64,000 nucleotides of DNA from an uncultured Eubacteriales bacterium (GCA_934434925.1 CAKSAC010000001.1:126959-190958), one strand, 5' to 3'; shown: positions 43,998-55,666, counted from the stretch's first letter. Numbers and translations: made by a program. Notes: generated by a model not told the origin, from the letters alone.

Positions 43998-46900
43998 CTT
44001 TCTTGAGTTCCTCCTTCATCTGTTCCATTTGCTCCGGGTTCATCGGCAGTACACGGGACACCCCGCGCTCCTGCATCGTAACGCCATACAATTGTTCGGC
44101 AATTTCCATGGTTCCCGGGCGGTGCGTAATCAGAATGAACTGTGTGTCGCTGCTCATTTTTTTCACATATTCCCCGAACCGGAAGACGTTAACCGCATCC
44201 AGCGCGGCTTCTATTTCATCGAAAATACAAAACGGAGTCGGGTTGACTTGCAGAATGGCGAAAAACAGGGCAATGGCGACAAAAGCCTGCTCACCGCCCG
44301 AGAGAAGCGAAAGCGATTTGATGATTTTCCCGGGAGGGGCGGCTTTGATCTCAATGCCGCAATTCAGCACATCCTCAGGGTCGGTCAGTAAAAGCTCCGC
44401 CTGCCCGCCGCCGAAAAGATCGGTGAAAACAATTCCGAAATTACGGTTGATTTCCGCAAAAGCGGAAACAAACTGCGTTTTCATGTTGGTTTCCATTTCT
44501 TCGATGATTTCGGTCATTTTATCGTAGGAAACACGGAGATCGTTGACCTGCGCTTCCATTTCATCATAGCGCGTCTTGACCTCGGTATATTCTTCAATTG
44601 CTCCGAGGTTGACAGGCTCCAGCGCACGCATACTATTCCGGCAGGAAGCCTGCAACGCGCCGATTTCCGCCCGGTTCTCGGCGGTTACGGGTGGGTAATC
44701 GAGCGCCACGGCATCTTCGTAGGAAATCTCGTATTCATCCCAGAGTTTTGAACCGAGACGTTCCTGATCTTCTTCCAACCGACGAAGGCGGTTTTCTGCA
44801 TGAAAATTGGAATTGACGCACTTATCTTTCTGTTCCTGACGGATGCGTACCTGTTCCCGGATTTCGCCGAGGCGGGCATTGTAAGAAGACGCGTTGCTTT
44901 CTGTTTCTTCGCGTTTTTGATTCAGTTCTTGCAGACTTTCCTCTTCCGCCTGGGCCGAAGCGCGGCTCTCTTTTTGCTTTTTTGTCACCTCTTCGATGGC
45001 GGTGCGATATTCCGCCATCAGATTTTTCTGCCCTTCGCGTTCGTGTTCCAGATCGGAAAGACGGGAATCGACCCCTTCCCGTAGCAGTTCGTTCATTTCA
45101 ATTTCTTTTTGCAGTTCGGTGATACGGATGGCAAGTCCGTTTAACTCTTCCTGCGTGGCCGTGCGCTCGTCAAGCAGACGGTTTCTTTCCCCGTCCCGCT
45201 CTTCCCTTTCGGCCCGGAGCGCGGCCGTTTTTGCATTTTGCTGTTCCAGGGATTTTGTCAGGGAAAGCAATTCGCTTTCATACTGTTTTCCTTTTCCGGC
45301 AAGAACTGCGTATTCTTCCCGGAGGCTTTCTGTCTGCTCACGATTCGCCTGTAAGCGGAGTTTTGCTCCGTCGAGTGCGGAAAGCTGCGCGCGCGCCATG
45401 GTACGTAACAGCTCTATTTGCTGTTCGGCGTCGCGTTTTCCCTGTTCGAGATCGTGAATAGCCTTTTCTTTTTTCTTCATTTCCCCGGTCAGGTCGAGTA
45501 TCTTGTCGGCAAGGTCAGCGGCTTCTGCCATTTTCGCTTCAATATCCGCCCCGCGGGAAAGCATACCGCTCCCGCCCCCGGCGCGTGAAGAACCGCCGGT
45601 AAAAGAACCGCCGGCATTGATGATCTGACCGTCCAACGTGACAAGTTTCGCCCGGTAGCGGATCTTCCGTGCGGCGGCAATGGCGTTGTCGATGGTATCA
45701 AAAACCACCGTGCGCGAAAGGAGCCAGACGATAATATCGTCAAATGCTTCTTCACAGGCGACCAGACGATCCGCACGATCAACATATCCGGCAAGCGAAG
45801 CGCAGGCGCGGATCTCTTCGGGTTCATTGCCGGGTTTGATTGTGGTCAAAGGATAAAAGGTTGTTCGGCCGCTTTGGGTATCGCGCAGATAGGCGATCGC
45901 CGCTTTTGCGGTTTCTTCATCCTCCACCACGATGTGCTGTAAATCGGCTCCGAGCGTGGCTTCAATCGCGGTGGTATGTTCGCTTCGCACCGAGATCAGC
46001 TGAGAAAGCGGCCCGTAAATGACCCCGCCTCCGCGGAGCTTCCCGCCCTGATAGGCTTCCATCACCGTGCGGACGGCTCGTCCGTACCCTTCAAAATGCT
46101 CCTCCATTTTCCGGAGTGCGGCCGCCGCTTCTTCCAACGCGGCCTTATCGGCCCGGAGCGCGGAGGACCTTTCGGCCAAATCTTCCCGTTCCGCGCGGCG
46201 TTTTTCGATGTCGGTATCGCAATCGGCGGAGGTTTTTTCCAGTTCGGAAATTCTCTCCGTGAAACCAGAAGCAGCCTTTTCACAGCGATCGACTTCCGCC
46301 AGCAGCTCGGTATCCTTCGCTTCCCCTTCCGCTATTGCGTCGCGAATGCTCTTCCCGCGTTCATCCCCGTCCGCAAAGGAGCGTTTGAGAATATCCACGT
46401 TTACCTTGAGATCCATAGCCGCATTTTCGGATTTATTGAGCGTGACAAGCGAATCGGATAATTCTTTTTCAAGGCGGGCGACCGAAGCTGAAAGTTTTTG
46501 AATATCCGCAAGGATGCCGAGGCGCTCGTCCATCAGTTTTTTCAGTTCTTCTTTGAGGCTCGAAATTTTGGCGGATTCGCTTCCGCGTTCTCCGGAAAGC
46601 TGTGCTTTGGCCGCTTCAACTTCGGAGATTCTGCGCTCGCAGGCGGCAATCAGTTCGGTTTTGTGCCGGACTTCGGTATCCATGACCGAAATCTCATTTT
46701 CCAGTGTGTGTATTCTTTCGCGGCACGCATTCATTTTCAAAAGATATTGCTCGGACGCCAGCCGGTTCGTATCCATTTCATCAAAAAGTTTCTGATCCTG
46801 CGCGCGGAGAGAGTTCAGCGATTCTTCGATGCTTTCCAATTCCCGTACCGAGAGCTGGTAGGTATCGCGCGCTTTTTCAAGATCGGTGCGGATCTTTTGC

Positions 46901-47607
46901 GTATCATAAAGCCACAGCGACACGTCGGCCACCTTTTTCTTTTCCAGAAGGTCCCGATATTTTCTCGCTTTTTCAGCATCTTTTGTCAGAGGGCCGAGGC
47001 GCTTTTCCAGTTCGTCAAAGATGTCGATGATACGCTCCATGTTGTCGCGGGTAGAGGCGCGCTTGCGTTCGGTTTCCTCTTTCCGGTGACGGAACTTGGC
47101 AATTCCGGCCGCTTCCTCGAATACGTTCCGCCGGTCTTCACTTTTTTTGGAAAGCAATTCGGCAACGCGGCCCTGTCCGACAATGGAATATCCTTCCCGG
47201 CCGATACCGGTATTCATAAAAAGTTCGGTAATATCCCGGAGCCGCCGCTGTTGGCCGTTAATCAGATATTCGCTGTCACCTGAACGATAATAGCGCCGCG
47301 TGACCTTGATCTCGTCATAAGGAGAATCGACGCGATGATTCATATCGGTGTTGTCAAAGGTAACAGATACTTCGGCAAATCCCATGGGGTGCCGTTCATC
47401 GGTTCCGCCGAAGATAACGTCTTCCATTTTCGTGCCGCGGATATTGCGGCTGGAAAGCTCCCCCAGCACCCATCGCATGGCATCGGAGATATTGGATTTT
47501 CCGCTCCCGTTCGGCCCGACGATAACCGTCGTGCCGCGTTCAAAAGTCAGAACCGTCCGGTTTGGAAAAGATTTGAAGCCATGCAGTTCCAGTGATTTCA
47601 GATACAT
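43984..47607 (-). CDS. smc: Chromosome segregation protein SMC
   Basis: 1207 aa. The N-terminal Walker A is GPNGSGKSN, followed by long coiled coils, a hinge, the C-terminal LSGGE signature and a Walker B. Confidence 0.95.
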   Translation of the reverse strand: MYLKSLELHGFKSFPNRTVLTFERGTTVIVGPNGSGKSNISDAMRWVLGELSSRNIRGTKMEDVIFGGTDERHPMGFAEVSVTFDNTDMNHRVDSPYDEIKVTRRYYRSGDSEYLINGQQRRLRDITELFMNTGIGREGYSIVGQGRVAELLSKKSEDRRNVFEEAAGIAKFRHRKEETERKRASTRDNMERIIDIFDELEKRLGPLTKDAEKARKYRDLLEKKKVADVSLWLYDTQKIRTDLEKARDTYQLSVRELESIEESLNSLRAQDQKLFDEMDTNRLASEQYLLKMNACRERIHTLENEISVMDTEVRHKTELIAACERRISEVEAAKAQLSGERGSESAKISSLKEELKKLMDERLGILADIQKLSASVARLEKELSDSLVTLNKSENAAMDLKVNVDILKRSFADGDERGKSIRDAIAEGEAKDTELLAEVDRCEKAASGFTERISELEKTSADCDTDIEKRRAEREDLAERSSALRADKAALEEAAAALRKMEEHFEGYGRAVRTVMEAYQGGKLRGGGVIYGPLSQLISVRSEHTTAIEATLGADLQHIVVEDEETAKAAIAYLRDTQSGRTTFYPLTTIKPGNEPEEIRACASLAGYVDRADRLVACEEAFDDIIVWLLSRTVVFDTIDNAIAAARKIRYRAKLVTLDGQIINAGGSFTGGSSRAGGGSGMLSRGADIEAKMAEAADLADKILDLTGEMKKKEKAIHDLEQGKRDAEQQIELLRTMARAQLSALDGAKLRLQANREQTESLREEYAVLAGKGKQYESELLSLTKSLEQQNAKTAALRAEREERDGERNRLLDERTATQEELNGLAIRITELQKEIEMNELLREGVDSRLSDLEHEREGQKNLMAEYRTAIEEVTKKQKESRASAQAEEESLQELNQKREETESNASSYNARLGEIREQVRIRQEQKDKCVNSNFHAENRLRRLEEDQERLGSKLWDEYEISYEDAVALDYPPVTAENRAEIGALQASCRNSMRALEPVNLGAIEEYTEVKTRYDEMEAQVNDLRVSYDKMTEIIEEMETNMKTQFVSAFAEINRNFGIVFTDLFGGGQAELLLTDPEDVLNCGIEIKAAPPGKIIKSLSLLSGGEQAFVAIALFFAILQVNPTPFCIFDEIEAALDAVNVFRFGEYVKKMSSDTQFILITHRPGTMEIAEQLYGVTMQERGVSRVLPMNPEQMEQMKEELKKDGVL

Positions 47608-47621
47608 CGGATTCCCTTTCT

Positions 47622-48311
47622 TTACAGAATACCAAAATAACGGAGAGCTTCGCGGGCGGCGGCCTGCTCGGCCTCGTGTTTGGAGGAACCGCGCCCGGTT
47701 CCTACCGGATTCCCGCTGATAACGGCCTCCATGACATAGACAGGTTTGTGATCGGGGCCTTCACGACTGACGACCCGATAAGAGAGCGTTTCGTTCCCGT
47801 CCTGCTCAATCAGTTGTTGCAGTCGCGTCTTGCAATCGCCGAGCTTGTTATCTTCGCAATGCTCAAGTTTTTCCTTCATCCAGCCGAGAAGGATCGTCTC
47901 GGCTTTTTCAATTCCGCCGTCCAGATAGACAGCCGCCAGCAGGGATTCGACCGTATCGGCCAAAATCGACGGACGGTTCCGACCGTTCCCGGCTTCCTCG
48001 CCCTTTCCGAGCAGCAGATAATCCCCGAGCGAAAGCGAACGGGCCAGATCCGCCAGCGTCTTTTCGCAAACGAGATCCTGCCTAAATCGCGTCAGCATCC
48101 CTTCCGGAAGGTCGGAAAAGCGGAAATACAGACACTTGCTGATCAGTATCTGCAAAACTGCGTCGCCGAGGAACTCCAATCGCTCATAGGACGGCGTTCC
48201 CTTTTCATTGGAATAGGAAGAGTGCGTCATGGCGGTCTCCAAAAGCCCTTTATCGGTAAAATGATAACCGATCTCTTCCTCAAGGCAGGAAAAATTCTTG
48301 AAATTTGTCAT
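47622..48311 (-). CDS. rnc: Ribonuclease III
   Basis: The ERLEFLGDAVL signature plus a C-terminal dsRBD. Confidence 0.92.
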   Translation of the reverse strand: MTNFKNFSCLEEEIGYHFTDKGLLETAMTHSSYSNEKGTPSYERLEFLGDAVLQILISKCLYFRFSDLPEGMLTRFRQDLVCEKTLADLARSLSLGDYLLLGKGEEAGNGRNRPSILADTVESLLAAVYLDGGIEKAETILLGWMKEKLEHCEDNKLGDCKTRLQQLIEQDGNETLSYRVVSREGPDHKPVYVMEAVISGNPVGTGRGSSKHEAEQAAAREALRYFGIL

Positions 48312-48317
48312 ATTCCC

Positions 48318-49472
48318 TCACTGGACCGGCGCAGTCTGCTCTTCTGCCGGTCGGTTGACGCCGTCATTCCCTGCAGATGCCGGCGCGTTTTCGGTTCCGG
48401 GTGACGGCTCTTCTCTTTTTTCATCGGTATTTTTCGGCTCAACGGCAACCTTTGCGGCCGCTTTCTCTTCCCGGAGTTTTTTGTCGAATTCCGCCGCCCA
48501 TGCCGCAATTTCGTAATTGATACCGGTATTGACAAAGGTCATGGCCTGATGCACGGCGTTTTTAATCGCCACCGCATCGGAAGAACCGTGCGCTTTGATG
48601 ACCGGCTTGGAGATGCCGAGTAACGGCGCGCCGCCATGCTCCGACGCGTCGAAACGTTTTTTGAAGTCGCGCAATTTTCCTTTTATCATCACGGCCGAAA
48701 GTTTTGTGGCGGCGTTGGTATAAAAAAGTTCTTTGAGAGAAGCGGAGAAAAATTTTCCCATCCCTTCCATCAGTTTCAGAACGATATTTCCCGTAAATCC
48801 GTCTGTCACGGCAATATCGCAGGCATCAAACGGAAGCATTTTCGCTTCTACATTCCCGACAAAATTGAGCCCGGAACGCGAAAGCCGCGCATATCCCTCT
48901 ACCTGAAGCGGCAGTCCTTTATTATATTCGGTACCGTTATTGATCTGTCCGACCCGCGGTTCGCGGATACCGTAGATTTTGCCCATGTACAGGGTTCCCA
49001 TAGCGGCAAACTGTTCAAGATTTTCCGGCGTGACTTCAAGATTGGCGCCGGCATCCATCAAAAGGACCGGATTCGGAAACGGGAGAATGGTGGCAATACC
49101 GGCGCGGCTGATCCCCTGAATACGTCTGACAAGCAAGGTTGCTCCGGCCAGAAGCGCTCCGGTATTCCCCGCGCTCACGAAAGCGTCGCCGTTTCCGGTG
49201 GCCAGTTCGTGCAGGCCAATGCTCATAGAAGAATCTTTTTTGTCGCGCACCACGCAAAGCGCTTTGTCTTCCATTTCCACCACGCTCTTAGAAGGAATGA
49301 CGGTAATGCCGTCAAGAGAAAGCCCTGCGCTTTCCGCCGTCTCACGGATTATCTCTTCGTTTCCGACAACGGCAATCTCCAATGCCGGGTACTCTTCGGC
49401 AGAAAGGACGGCCCCGTGCAGGATTTCCCCGGGGGCATTGTCACCGCTCATTACATCGATCAATATGCGCAT
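48318..49472 (-). CDS. plsX: Phosphate acyltransferase PlsX with a ~50-aa low-complexity C-terminal tail
   Basis: MRILIDVMSGDNAP...GNTGAL...KAHGSS. The tail is ...KLREEKAAAKVAVEPKNTDEKREEPSPGTENAPASAGNDGVNRPAEEQTAPVQ. Confidence 0.9.
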   Translation of the reverse strand: MRILIDVMSGDNAPGEILHGAVLSAEEYPALEIAVVGNEEIIRETAESAGLSLDGITVIPSKSVVEMEDKALCVVRDKKDSSMSIGLHELATGNGDAFVSAGNTGALLAGATLLVRRIQGISRAGIATILPFPNPVLLMDAGANLEVTPENLEQFAAMGTLYMGKIYGIREPRVGQINNGTEYNKGLPLQVEGYARLSRSGLNFVGNVEAKMLPFDACDIAVTDGFTGNIVLKLMEGMGKFFSASLKELFYTNAATKLSAVMIKGKLRDFKKRFDASEHGGAPLLGISKPVIKAHGSSDAVAIKNAVHQAMTFVNTGINYEIAAWAAEFDKKLREEKAAAKVAVEPKNTDEKREEPSPGTENAPASAGNDGVNRPAEEQTAPVQ

Positions 49473-49491
49473 ATCCGTCTCCTCGGTAGCG

Positions 49492-50820
49492 TTATTGTCC
49501 GAACCTTTCTTTCATATAGGAAAGCGCCCGTTCGGCGTAGGCTTCATTCCGGAGTTTTTTTCCGCCGCGGACCCGGTTGGGGAGCGGCTCTATAATGCCG
49601 AAGTTGGCATTCATCGGCTGAAAATCGGTGCAGGCAGGATTGCTGATATAGGCGGCCATGGCCCCCAGCATCGTAAATGCCGGGAATCCGGGGGCTTCTT
49701 CCCCCTTCGCCCGGTGTGCGGCAAAAATCCCCGACACAAGGCCGGAACCGGTCGATTCCACATATCCTTCCACGCCGGTCATCTGTCCGGCAAAATAGAG
49801 TTCCGGACGTGTCCGCATGGAATAATCCGCCGCAAGAAGCGCCGGGGAATTCAGATATGTATTCCGGTGCATGACACCATAGCGATAAAACTCTGCGTTT
49901 TCCAGCCCCGGGATCATCCGAAAGACGCGCCGTTGCTCGGAAAATGTCAGATGCGTCTGAAACCCGACAAGGTTATACATATCGCCGCTTCGGTTTTCCC
50001 GGCGGAGCTGTACGGTCGCATATGCGTCCCGTCCCGTCGAAGGAAGGGGCAGGCCGACCGGTTTCATGGGGCCGAAACGCAACGTGTCGATGCCCCGCGC
50101 GGCCATGACTTCCACAGGCATACATCCTTCAAAGACCGTGAGCGCCTGCTCGCCTGATTCAAAATCATGCAACTCTGCTGTTTCCGCGGCGACGAGCGCT
50201 GTATAAAACGCATGGTATTCGGTTTCATTCATCGGGCAGTTAAGATAATCGGCGGGGTCCCCTTTGCCGTATCTGGACGCAAAAAACGCTTTGCCGTAAT
50301 CAATGCTTTCCCCGGAAACAATCGGGGCGGCCGCATCATAGAAATGCAGGGATTCCTCCCCCGTCATACGACGGATATCCGCCGCCAGTTCATCCGCGGT
50401 CAGCGGTCCGGTCGCACAGACGGTAATTCCGTTTTTCGGCAACCGGCGGACCTCTTCCGAACGAATCTCAATAAGCGGATGAGCGCGCAGTTTCTCCGTC
50501 ACATAGGCGGAAAAAAGCACACGGTCCACCGCAAGAGCGCTCCCGGCCGGAACCGAAGTGGCATCGGCCGCTTCCATAATCAGGGAGCCGGCCACCCGCA
50601 GTTCTTCCTTCAAAAGCCCGACGGCGTTGGAAAGCGAGGCAGAACGCAGGGAATTGGAACAGACAAGTTCCGCAAACCCTTCGCTTTTATGGGCGGGGGT
50701 GTATTTTCCCGGTTTCATTTCGATCAGCGTGACCGGCACACCCCGTTTGGCAATCTGCCACGCCGCCTCGGAGCCGGCAAGCCCGGCCCCGATAACGGTA
50801 ACGGCGTTGTTTTCACTCAT
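49492..50820 (-). CDS. trmFO: Methylenetetrahydrofolate--tRNA-(uracil-5-)-methyltransferase TrmFO
   Basis: [26 protein letters not shown] set the start to ATG 50820, in an ATGA overlap with the topA stop. The track ORF extends 46 codons into topA. Confidence 0.9.
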   Translation of the reverse strand: MSENNAVTVIGAGLAGSEAAWQIAKRGVPVTLIEMKPGKYTPAHKSEGFAELVCSNSLRSASLSNAVGLLKEELRVAGSLIMEAADATSVPAGSALAVDRVLFSAYVTEKLRAHPLIEIRSEEVRRLPKNGITVCATGPLTADELAADIRRMTGEESLHFYDAAAPIVSGESIDYGKAFFASRYGKGDPADYLNCPMNETEYHAFYTALVAAETAELHDFESGEQALTVFEGCMPVEVMAARGIDTLRFGPMKPVGLPLPSTGRDAYATVQLRRENRSGDMYNLVGFQTHLTFSEQRRVFRMIPGLENAEFYRYGVMHRNTYLNSPALLAADYSMRTRPELYFAGQMTGVEGYVESTGSGLVSGIFAAHRAKGEEAPGFPAFTMLGAMAAYISNPACTDFQPMNANFGIIEPLPNRVRGGKKLRNEAYAERALSYMKERFGQ

Positions 50821-53069
50821 TTTTCCACGTTTTCCTCTTTGTACGAGCAGGAGCGATTCCGGCAGAAAACGGTTTTCTTGCTTTTCCTGTACAACAACAT
50901 ATCTCCGCATTCGGGGCATTTTTCCGGCAGAGGCATATCCCAGGTGGAAAAATCGCAATCCGGATAACGTTCACAACTGTAAAAGACTTTCCCTTTCCCG
51001 TATTTTGTGATGATTTTGGCTCCGCACTTCGGGCAAGGCACGCCGATTTCCGTGGTTTTCGGCTTTGTGAAGCGGCAGGTCGGGTAGTTGGCGCAAGCAT
51101 AGAAACTGCCGTACCGGCCGTTCCGCACCACCATATCTCCGCCGCAAAGTTCGCATTTGAAATCAGCAATCTCGGGCGTTTCCTCTTTCTTTTCAATAGG
51201 GCGGCCGTCCTTTCCGACAGCCTTGGTATTCTTGCATTCGGGATAATTCGGGCAGGCCAGGAACCGACCGTACCGGCCGGATTTGTAAACCATCTTCCGG
51301 CCGCACTTTTCGCAAACAACATCGGATTCCTCGGCGGGAATTTCGATTGAGCCTTCTTTGACATTCTCTTTCGCGGCTTCCAGCATTTTGGAAAATCCGC
51401 TGTAAAACTCGGTCAGAACCGACAAAAGCGTGTCTTCCCCGCGGGCAATGGCGTCAAATTTATCTTCCATCTCAGCCGTGAATTGATAATCAACAATTTC
51501 GGCAAAGTTCTCTTTCATCAGTTTGGTTGTAACTTCTCCGAGCGGAGTGGGAACCAGTTGCTTTCCGTCGCGGCGCACGTAATTACGTTCGATGATCGTG
51601 GTGATGATGGCGGTATAGGTGCTTGGCCGGCCGATCCCGTTCTCTTCCAGGAATTTGATCAGCGAGGCTTCGGTATAGCGCTGAGGCGGCTCGGTGAAAT
51701 GCTGGGTCGCTTCTTCCGCCGCAATCGGGAGTGCGGCGTTTTCCCGCAGGTGTGAAAGCGGCGGAATCCCGTTTTCCGCTCCCTCTTCCGCAAGGTCGGC
51801 ACTGTTATCGTAAACAGCCAGATAGCCGCGGAATTTCAGAGTACTGCCACCGGCGCGGAACTGATACTTCCCGCAGGAAAATTCCAGGGTGACCTGTGTG
51901 AAGACGGCAGAACTCATCTGGCTTGCCACAAAACGTTCCCAAATCAGTTTATACAGTTTATACTGATCCTGCGTGAGGAACTTTTTAATCTTGTCGGGGC
52001 TGATATTCACATCGGAAGGCCGAATGGCTTCGTGTGCATCCTGTGCGCCCGGTTTGGTCTTGTACTGGCGCGGCGCAGAAGGACGGTATTCGGCTCCGTA
52101 CTGCTCGTCGATCAGCGCGGCGGCGGCTTCTGCGGCTACCGAAGAGACGCGGAGCGAATCGGTACGCATATAGGTGATAAGACCGAGAAACCCGCCGAAC
52201 TCATTGCCGAGATTGATTCCCTCGTAGAGTTCCTGCGCCGTCCGCATGATCCTTTGTGACTGAAATCCGAGCTTTTTCGACGCTTCCTGTTGCAGGGTCG
52301 AAGTGGTGAAAGGCGGCGCGGGCATCCGGCTCTTTTGAGATTTGCGGATGTTGTTCAGAACAAAGGGCTGTGTCTTCAGTGCGTCAGTCACTTTTTCGGC
52401 TTCTGCCTCAGAAGAAAGCCTCATTTCCGTTCCTTCGGTGCCGAAAAACCGCGTAGGAATGATTTCCCCGTCGTCTGTCCGGACATCGGCGCGCACGGTC
52501 CAGTATTCCTGCGGAACAAAACTGCGGATCTCGTCTTCCCGCTCTGAAATAATGCGGGCGGCCACGCTTTGCACACGTCCGGCCGATAGCCCGCTCCGGA
52601 CATTTTTCCAAAGAAAGGGGCTGAGCTGATACCCAACGATACGGTCAAGAATACGCCGCGTCTGCTGGGAATTGACAAGGTCGAGATTGATTGTTTCCGG
52701 ATGCTTGATGGCATCTTTGACAGCGCCTTTGGTGATTTCGTTGAAAGTAACACGGCAGGCTCTGTCAAGCGGAATCCCGAGCGCGGCGGCCAGGTGCCAC
52801 GAGATAGCCTCCCCTTCCCGGTCCGGGTCGGTTGCCAGAAAAACGCGCGTTGCCCCTTTGGCATCCTGCTTGAGTTGAGCGATGACGTCGCCTTTCCCGC
52901 GGATATTGATATAGTGCGGGGCAAAATTGTTCTCAATATCGACACCGAGACCGCTTTTGGGTAAATCCCGGATGTGTCCTTTGGAAGCGACAACTTTATA
53001 GTTGGAACCAAGGTATCCTTTGATGGTGCTTGCTTTTGCGGGAGACTCCACAATGACTAAATTTGACAT
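50817..53069 (-). CDS. topA: DNA topoisomerase I
   Basis: The Toprim domain ([10 protein letters not shown]), the catalytic region (ITYMRTDS) and several C-terminal CxxC zinc ribbons. Confidence 0.95.
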   Translation of the reverse strand: MSNLVIVESPAKASTIKGYLGSNYKVVASKGHIRDLPKSGLGVDIENNFAPHYINIRGKGDVIAQLKQDAKGATRVFLATDPDREGEAISWHLAAALGIPLDRACRVTFNEITKGAVKDAIKHPETINLDLVNSQQTRRILDRIVGYQLSPFLWKNVRSGLSAGRVQSVAARIISEREDEIRSFVPQEYWTVRADVRTDDGEIIPTRFFGTEGTEMRLSSEAEAEKVTDALKTQPFVLNNIRKSQKSRMPAPPFTTSTLQQEASKKLGFQSQRIMRTAQELYEGINLGNEFGGFLGLITYMRTDSLRVSSVAAEAAAALIDEQYGAEYRPSAPRQYKTKPGAQDAHEAIRPSDVNISPDKIKKFLTQDQYKLYKLIWERFVASQMSSAVFTQVTLEFSCGKYQFRAGGSTLKFRGYLAVYDNSADLAEEGAENGIPPLSHLRENAALPIAAEEATQHFTEPPQRYTEASLIKFLEENGIGRPSTYTAIITTIIERNYVRRDGKQLVPTPLGEVTTKLMKENFAEIVDYQFTAEMEDKFDAIARGEDTLLSVLTEFYSGFSKMLEAAKENVKEGSIEIPAEESDVVCEKCGRKMVYKSGRYGRFLACPNYPECKNTKAVGKDGRPIEKKEETPEIADFKCELCGGDMVVRNGRYGSFYACANYPTCRFTKPKTTEIGVPCPKCGAKIITKYGKGKVFYSCERYPDCDFSTWDMPLPEKCPECGDMLLYRKSKKTVFCRNRSCSYKEENVEK

Positions 53070-53107
53070 ACCGAATCCTTTCTTGGGTGTTGCTTATCAT
53101 TCCGAGG

Positions 53108-54298
53108 TCAGCATTTTCTTAAATGTCCGCCCGGCTGTGTGCGTATCAGACCGCGTATTTCCAGAATTGTCGCCACTGCCATCACATCGGAAACGCTCAT
53201 GTCGTCTCCGGCGAGTTCGTCGGCGGTTTTATCCTGTCCTTCCGGAAGGCGGTTATACAGGTCTATGGCCTCGCGTGAAAGCCCGGCCAGTTGCTCTTTC
53301 GGTTCGGGGCGTGTGCCGGGATCGATGTTTTCTGTCTCCCGTGCGTCCGATCCGCTGCGCGGTTTTGATCCCGGAGAAACCGGGGTGCCGGCAGGACCTG
53401 TATCCATGTTTGTGTTGGTTTTGCGGGAGATTTTCCCCTCCGCGCGTGAAGCGTCTTTTCCCGGCATCCGGATGCGCAGATCCGCGAGAACCTTTTCGCA
53501 ATTCACAGGAGCCGTTTCCAGAAGACGCTGAATATTGATTTTCCCGTAATACTCTTCCGCATAGTGCATCAGAATATCGTCGGCACAGGTCAGCGCATGC
53601 GCCCCTTCCCGCAAAAGAAGACAGGGAGCGCCGCTGACAGGATCGTTTACGGGACCGGGCAAAGCGAAAAGCGTTTTTTCCTGCACGGTGGCGTGGCGTG
53701 CCGTAATGAGAGAACCGCTTTCCAGTTCTCCCTGCATAACCGCGACCGCCGTAGCCATTCCGCTGATGATACGGTTCCGTATCGGGAAATTTGCTCCGTT
53801 CGGGCGGGTGCCGGGCGGAAATTCGCTGACGAGACAACCGTGTCTTACAATCAAGGCGGCCAGTTTCGTATGCTCCGGCGGATAGATGATATCCAGGCCA
53901 CTCCCGAGTACGGCCACTGTCTGCCCGCCGCCATTGATTGCGGCCGCATTGGCAACCGCGTCAATTCCGCGCGCCATACCACTGATAACGATAACGCCGG
54001 CTATCGCCAGGTCTCGTGCGACTTCAAAAGTCATCTGCATACCGTAATCGTTCATTTTGCGCGTTCCGACAATCGAAATGCAGAGTTTTTCGTTCCATGC
54101 GGGAATCTGTCCGCGGCAATACAACATAACGGGCGGATTTTTGATTTTCCGGAGCACGGCCGGAAAACGCGCGTCGTCATACGGCAACGGCACGATACCG
54201 GCGTGGTTACAATAGGTCAGGACCCGCTTGGCGTCTTCAAGACTTTTATCCGCCAGAGCCTCTGCATCCCGACAATTTTTCGGCAATACGTCCGCCAA
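53108..54298 (-). CDS. dprA: DNA-processing protein DprA (Smf)
   Basis: SIVGTRKMNDYG...ISGMARGIDAVAN...AVLGSGLD..YP, plus a C-terminal winged-helix region after a low-complexity insert. Confidence 0.85.
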   Translation of the reverse strand: MADVLPKNCRDAEALADKSLEDAKRVLTYCNHAGIVPLPYDDARFPAVLRKIKNPPVMLYCRGQIPAWNEKLCISIVGTRKMNDYGMQMTFEVARDLAIAGVIVISGMARGIDAVANAAAINGGGQTVAVLGSGLDIIYPPEHTKLAALIVRHGCLVSEFPPGTRPNGANFPIRNRIISGMATAVAVMQGELESGSLITARHATVQEKTLFALPGPVNDPVSGAPCLLLREGAHALTCADDILMHYAEEYYGKINIQRLLETAPVNCEKVLADLRIRMPGKDASRAEGKISRKTNTNMDTGPAGTPVSPGSKPRSGSDARETENIDPGTRPEPKEQLAGLSREAIDLYNRLPEGQDKTADELAGDDMSVSDVMAVATILEIRGLIRTQPGGHLRKC

Positions 54299-54417
54299 CG
54301 CTTCCCGGTCTGCAGAAAAGACATCATAAACGTCCGGGAATGCCTTGATGATGGAAGAAAAGGTTGCGGACCCCGGCGTAACGCGCAGACTGAGCCATAT
54401 CCAAAACAGAGCGTTTT

Positions 54418-55260
54418 TCAGGGTTCATCCCTCCTTGACTGCTCCCATAGCAGGACCGCGGCCGCGGCCGCCGCATTCAGAGACTCCGCGTTTTCGGCAA
54501 TCGGAATATAGACGCCGGCATCGCAAGCGGCAGAAAGCTCCGCCGGAATACCGTGCCCCTCGTTCCCGATGATAAAAACATCGGACATGCACGGGCGAAC
54601 CGCCCCGATAGGTTTGGCCCCCGGGCGCAATTCCGCCGCAAAAACACGTCTCCCCGCCTGCCGCAAAAGGCCGACTTCGAGGATCGGGTCATCAATTCTC
54701 CGGGTGGCGACGTGAAAGACGGCCCCCATCGCCGCACGGACGGCGCGCGGATGGTAAACATCGGCGCAATCCTCGCTGAGCAGAACACAGGATATCCCGA
54801 ACGCGCCGGCGCTCCGCAGAATCGTTCCGAGATTGCCGGGGTCCCGAATGGCGGAAAGCAATAAAAAAGCGTTGCTTTTTTCTCTGTAAAAAGCTACATT
54901 ATTTATTTTATAATATTTTTCGGAAAAGTCAAGATGTTTTATGGCAAGAATTACGCCCTCCGGCGATTTTTCGGTCGATATTTTTTCAAAACAACTGTCC
55001 GAAAGAAGGAAGACTTCCGCTTCGGGCGGCAAAGCATGCCCGTCTTCGCCTGTAAAAAGCGGGAAATGTTCTTCCGCCCGGCTTTCGGCCAAAAAAACAT
55101 ACCGGACCGGTGCGCCAAAGGCCAACGCCTCTTTGGCCAGTTTTTTCCCTTCCGCAAGAAAAAGGCCGTGTTTTTCCCTGTATTTTCTCTCGGAAAGCGA
55201 AGCCGCCGTCAGAACGAGAGGATTGGTGCGGCTTGTTATTTTTTGTACCGGTATCTGCAT
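54418..55260 (-). CDS. TrmH/SpoU-family RNA methyltransferase
   Basis: DPGNLGTILRSAGAFG and IIGNEGHGI...IPI...ESLNAAAAAAV motifs; 280 aa. Confidence 0.75.
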   Translation of the reverse strand: MQIPVQKITSRTNPLVLTAASLSERKYREKHGLFLAEGKKLAKEALAFGAPVRYVFLAESRAEEHFPLFTGEDGHALPPEAEVFLLSDSCFEKISTEKSPEGVILAIKHLDFSEKYYKINNVAFYREKSNAFLLLSAIRDPGNLGTILRSAGAFGISCVLLSEDCADVYHPRAVRAAMGAVFHVATRRIDDPILEVGLLRQAGRRVFAAELRPGAKPIGAVRPCMSDVFIIGNEGHGIPAELSAACDAGVYIPIAENAESLNAAAAAAVLLWEQSRRDEP

Positions 55261-55271
55261 AAAACCTCCGT

Positions 55272-55305
55272 CAAAAACAATGACCCGCCAGTTTCCTGTC
55301 GGGTC
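55272..55305 (-). terminator. Rho-independent terminator after rplT
   Basis: GACCCG (55282-55287) pairs with CGGGTC (55300-55305), followed on the minus strand by ATTGTTTTT. Confidence 0.6.
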
Positions 55306-55312
55306 GATGATA

Positions 55313-55666
55313 TTAAAGAGCCGCTTTGGCCTGTTCGACCAGAGAACGGAATGCCACCTTATCGTTCAGAGCGATTTCGGAGAGCATTTTACGGTTGAGG
55401 TCGATCGAGGCGGCCTTAAGGCCATGCATCAACTGGGAATAGTTGATACCGTTGGCTCTCGCTTCGGCGGAAATACGGGCGATCCAGAGCGAACGGAAAT
55501 CTCTCTTCTTCAGTTTGCGACCGACGAAGGCATAGTTCCCGCTTTTGAGGACGGCCTGCTTGGCCATCTTAAAATGCTTGCTTTTGGAACCCCAATAGCC
55601 CTTTGCGGACTTCAATACACTTTTTCTTCTTTTGCGCGTCATCATTGCGCCTTTAACTCTTGCCAT
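55313..55666 (-). CDS. rplT: 50S ribosomal protein L20
   Basis: [30 protein letters not shown]... Confidence 0.95.
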   Translation of the reverse strand: MARVKGAMMTRKRRKSVLKSAKGYWGSKSKHFKMAKQAVLKSGNYAFVGRKLKKRDFRSLWIARISAEARANGINYSQLMHGLKAASIDLNRKMLSEIALNDKVAFRSLVEQAKAAL

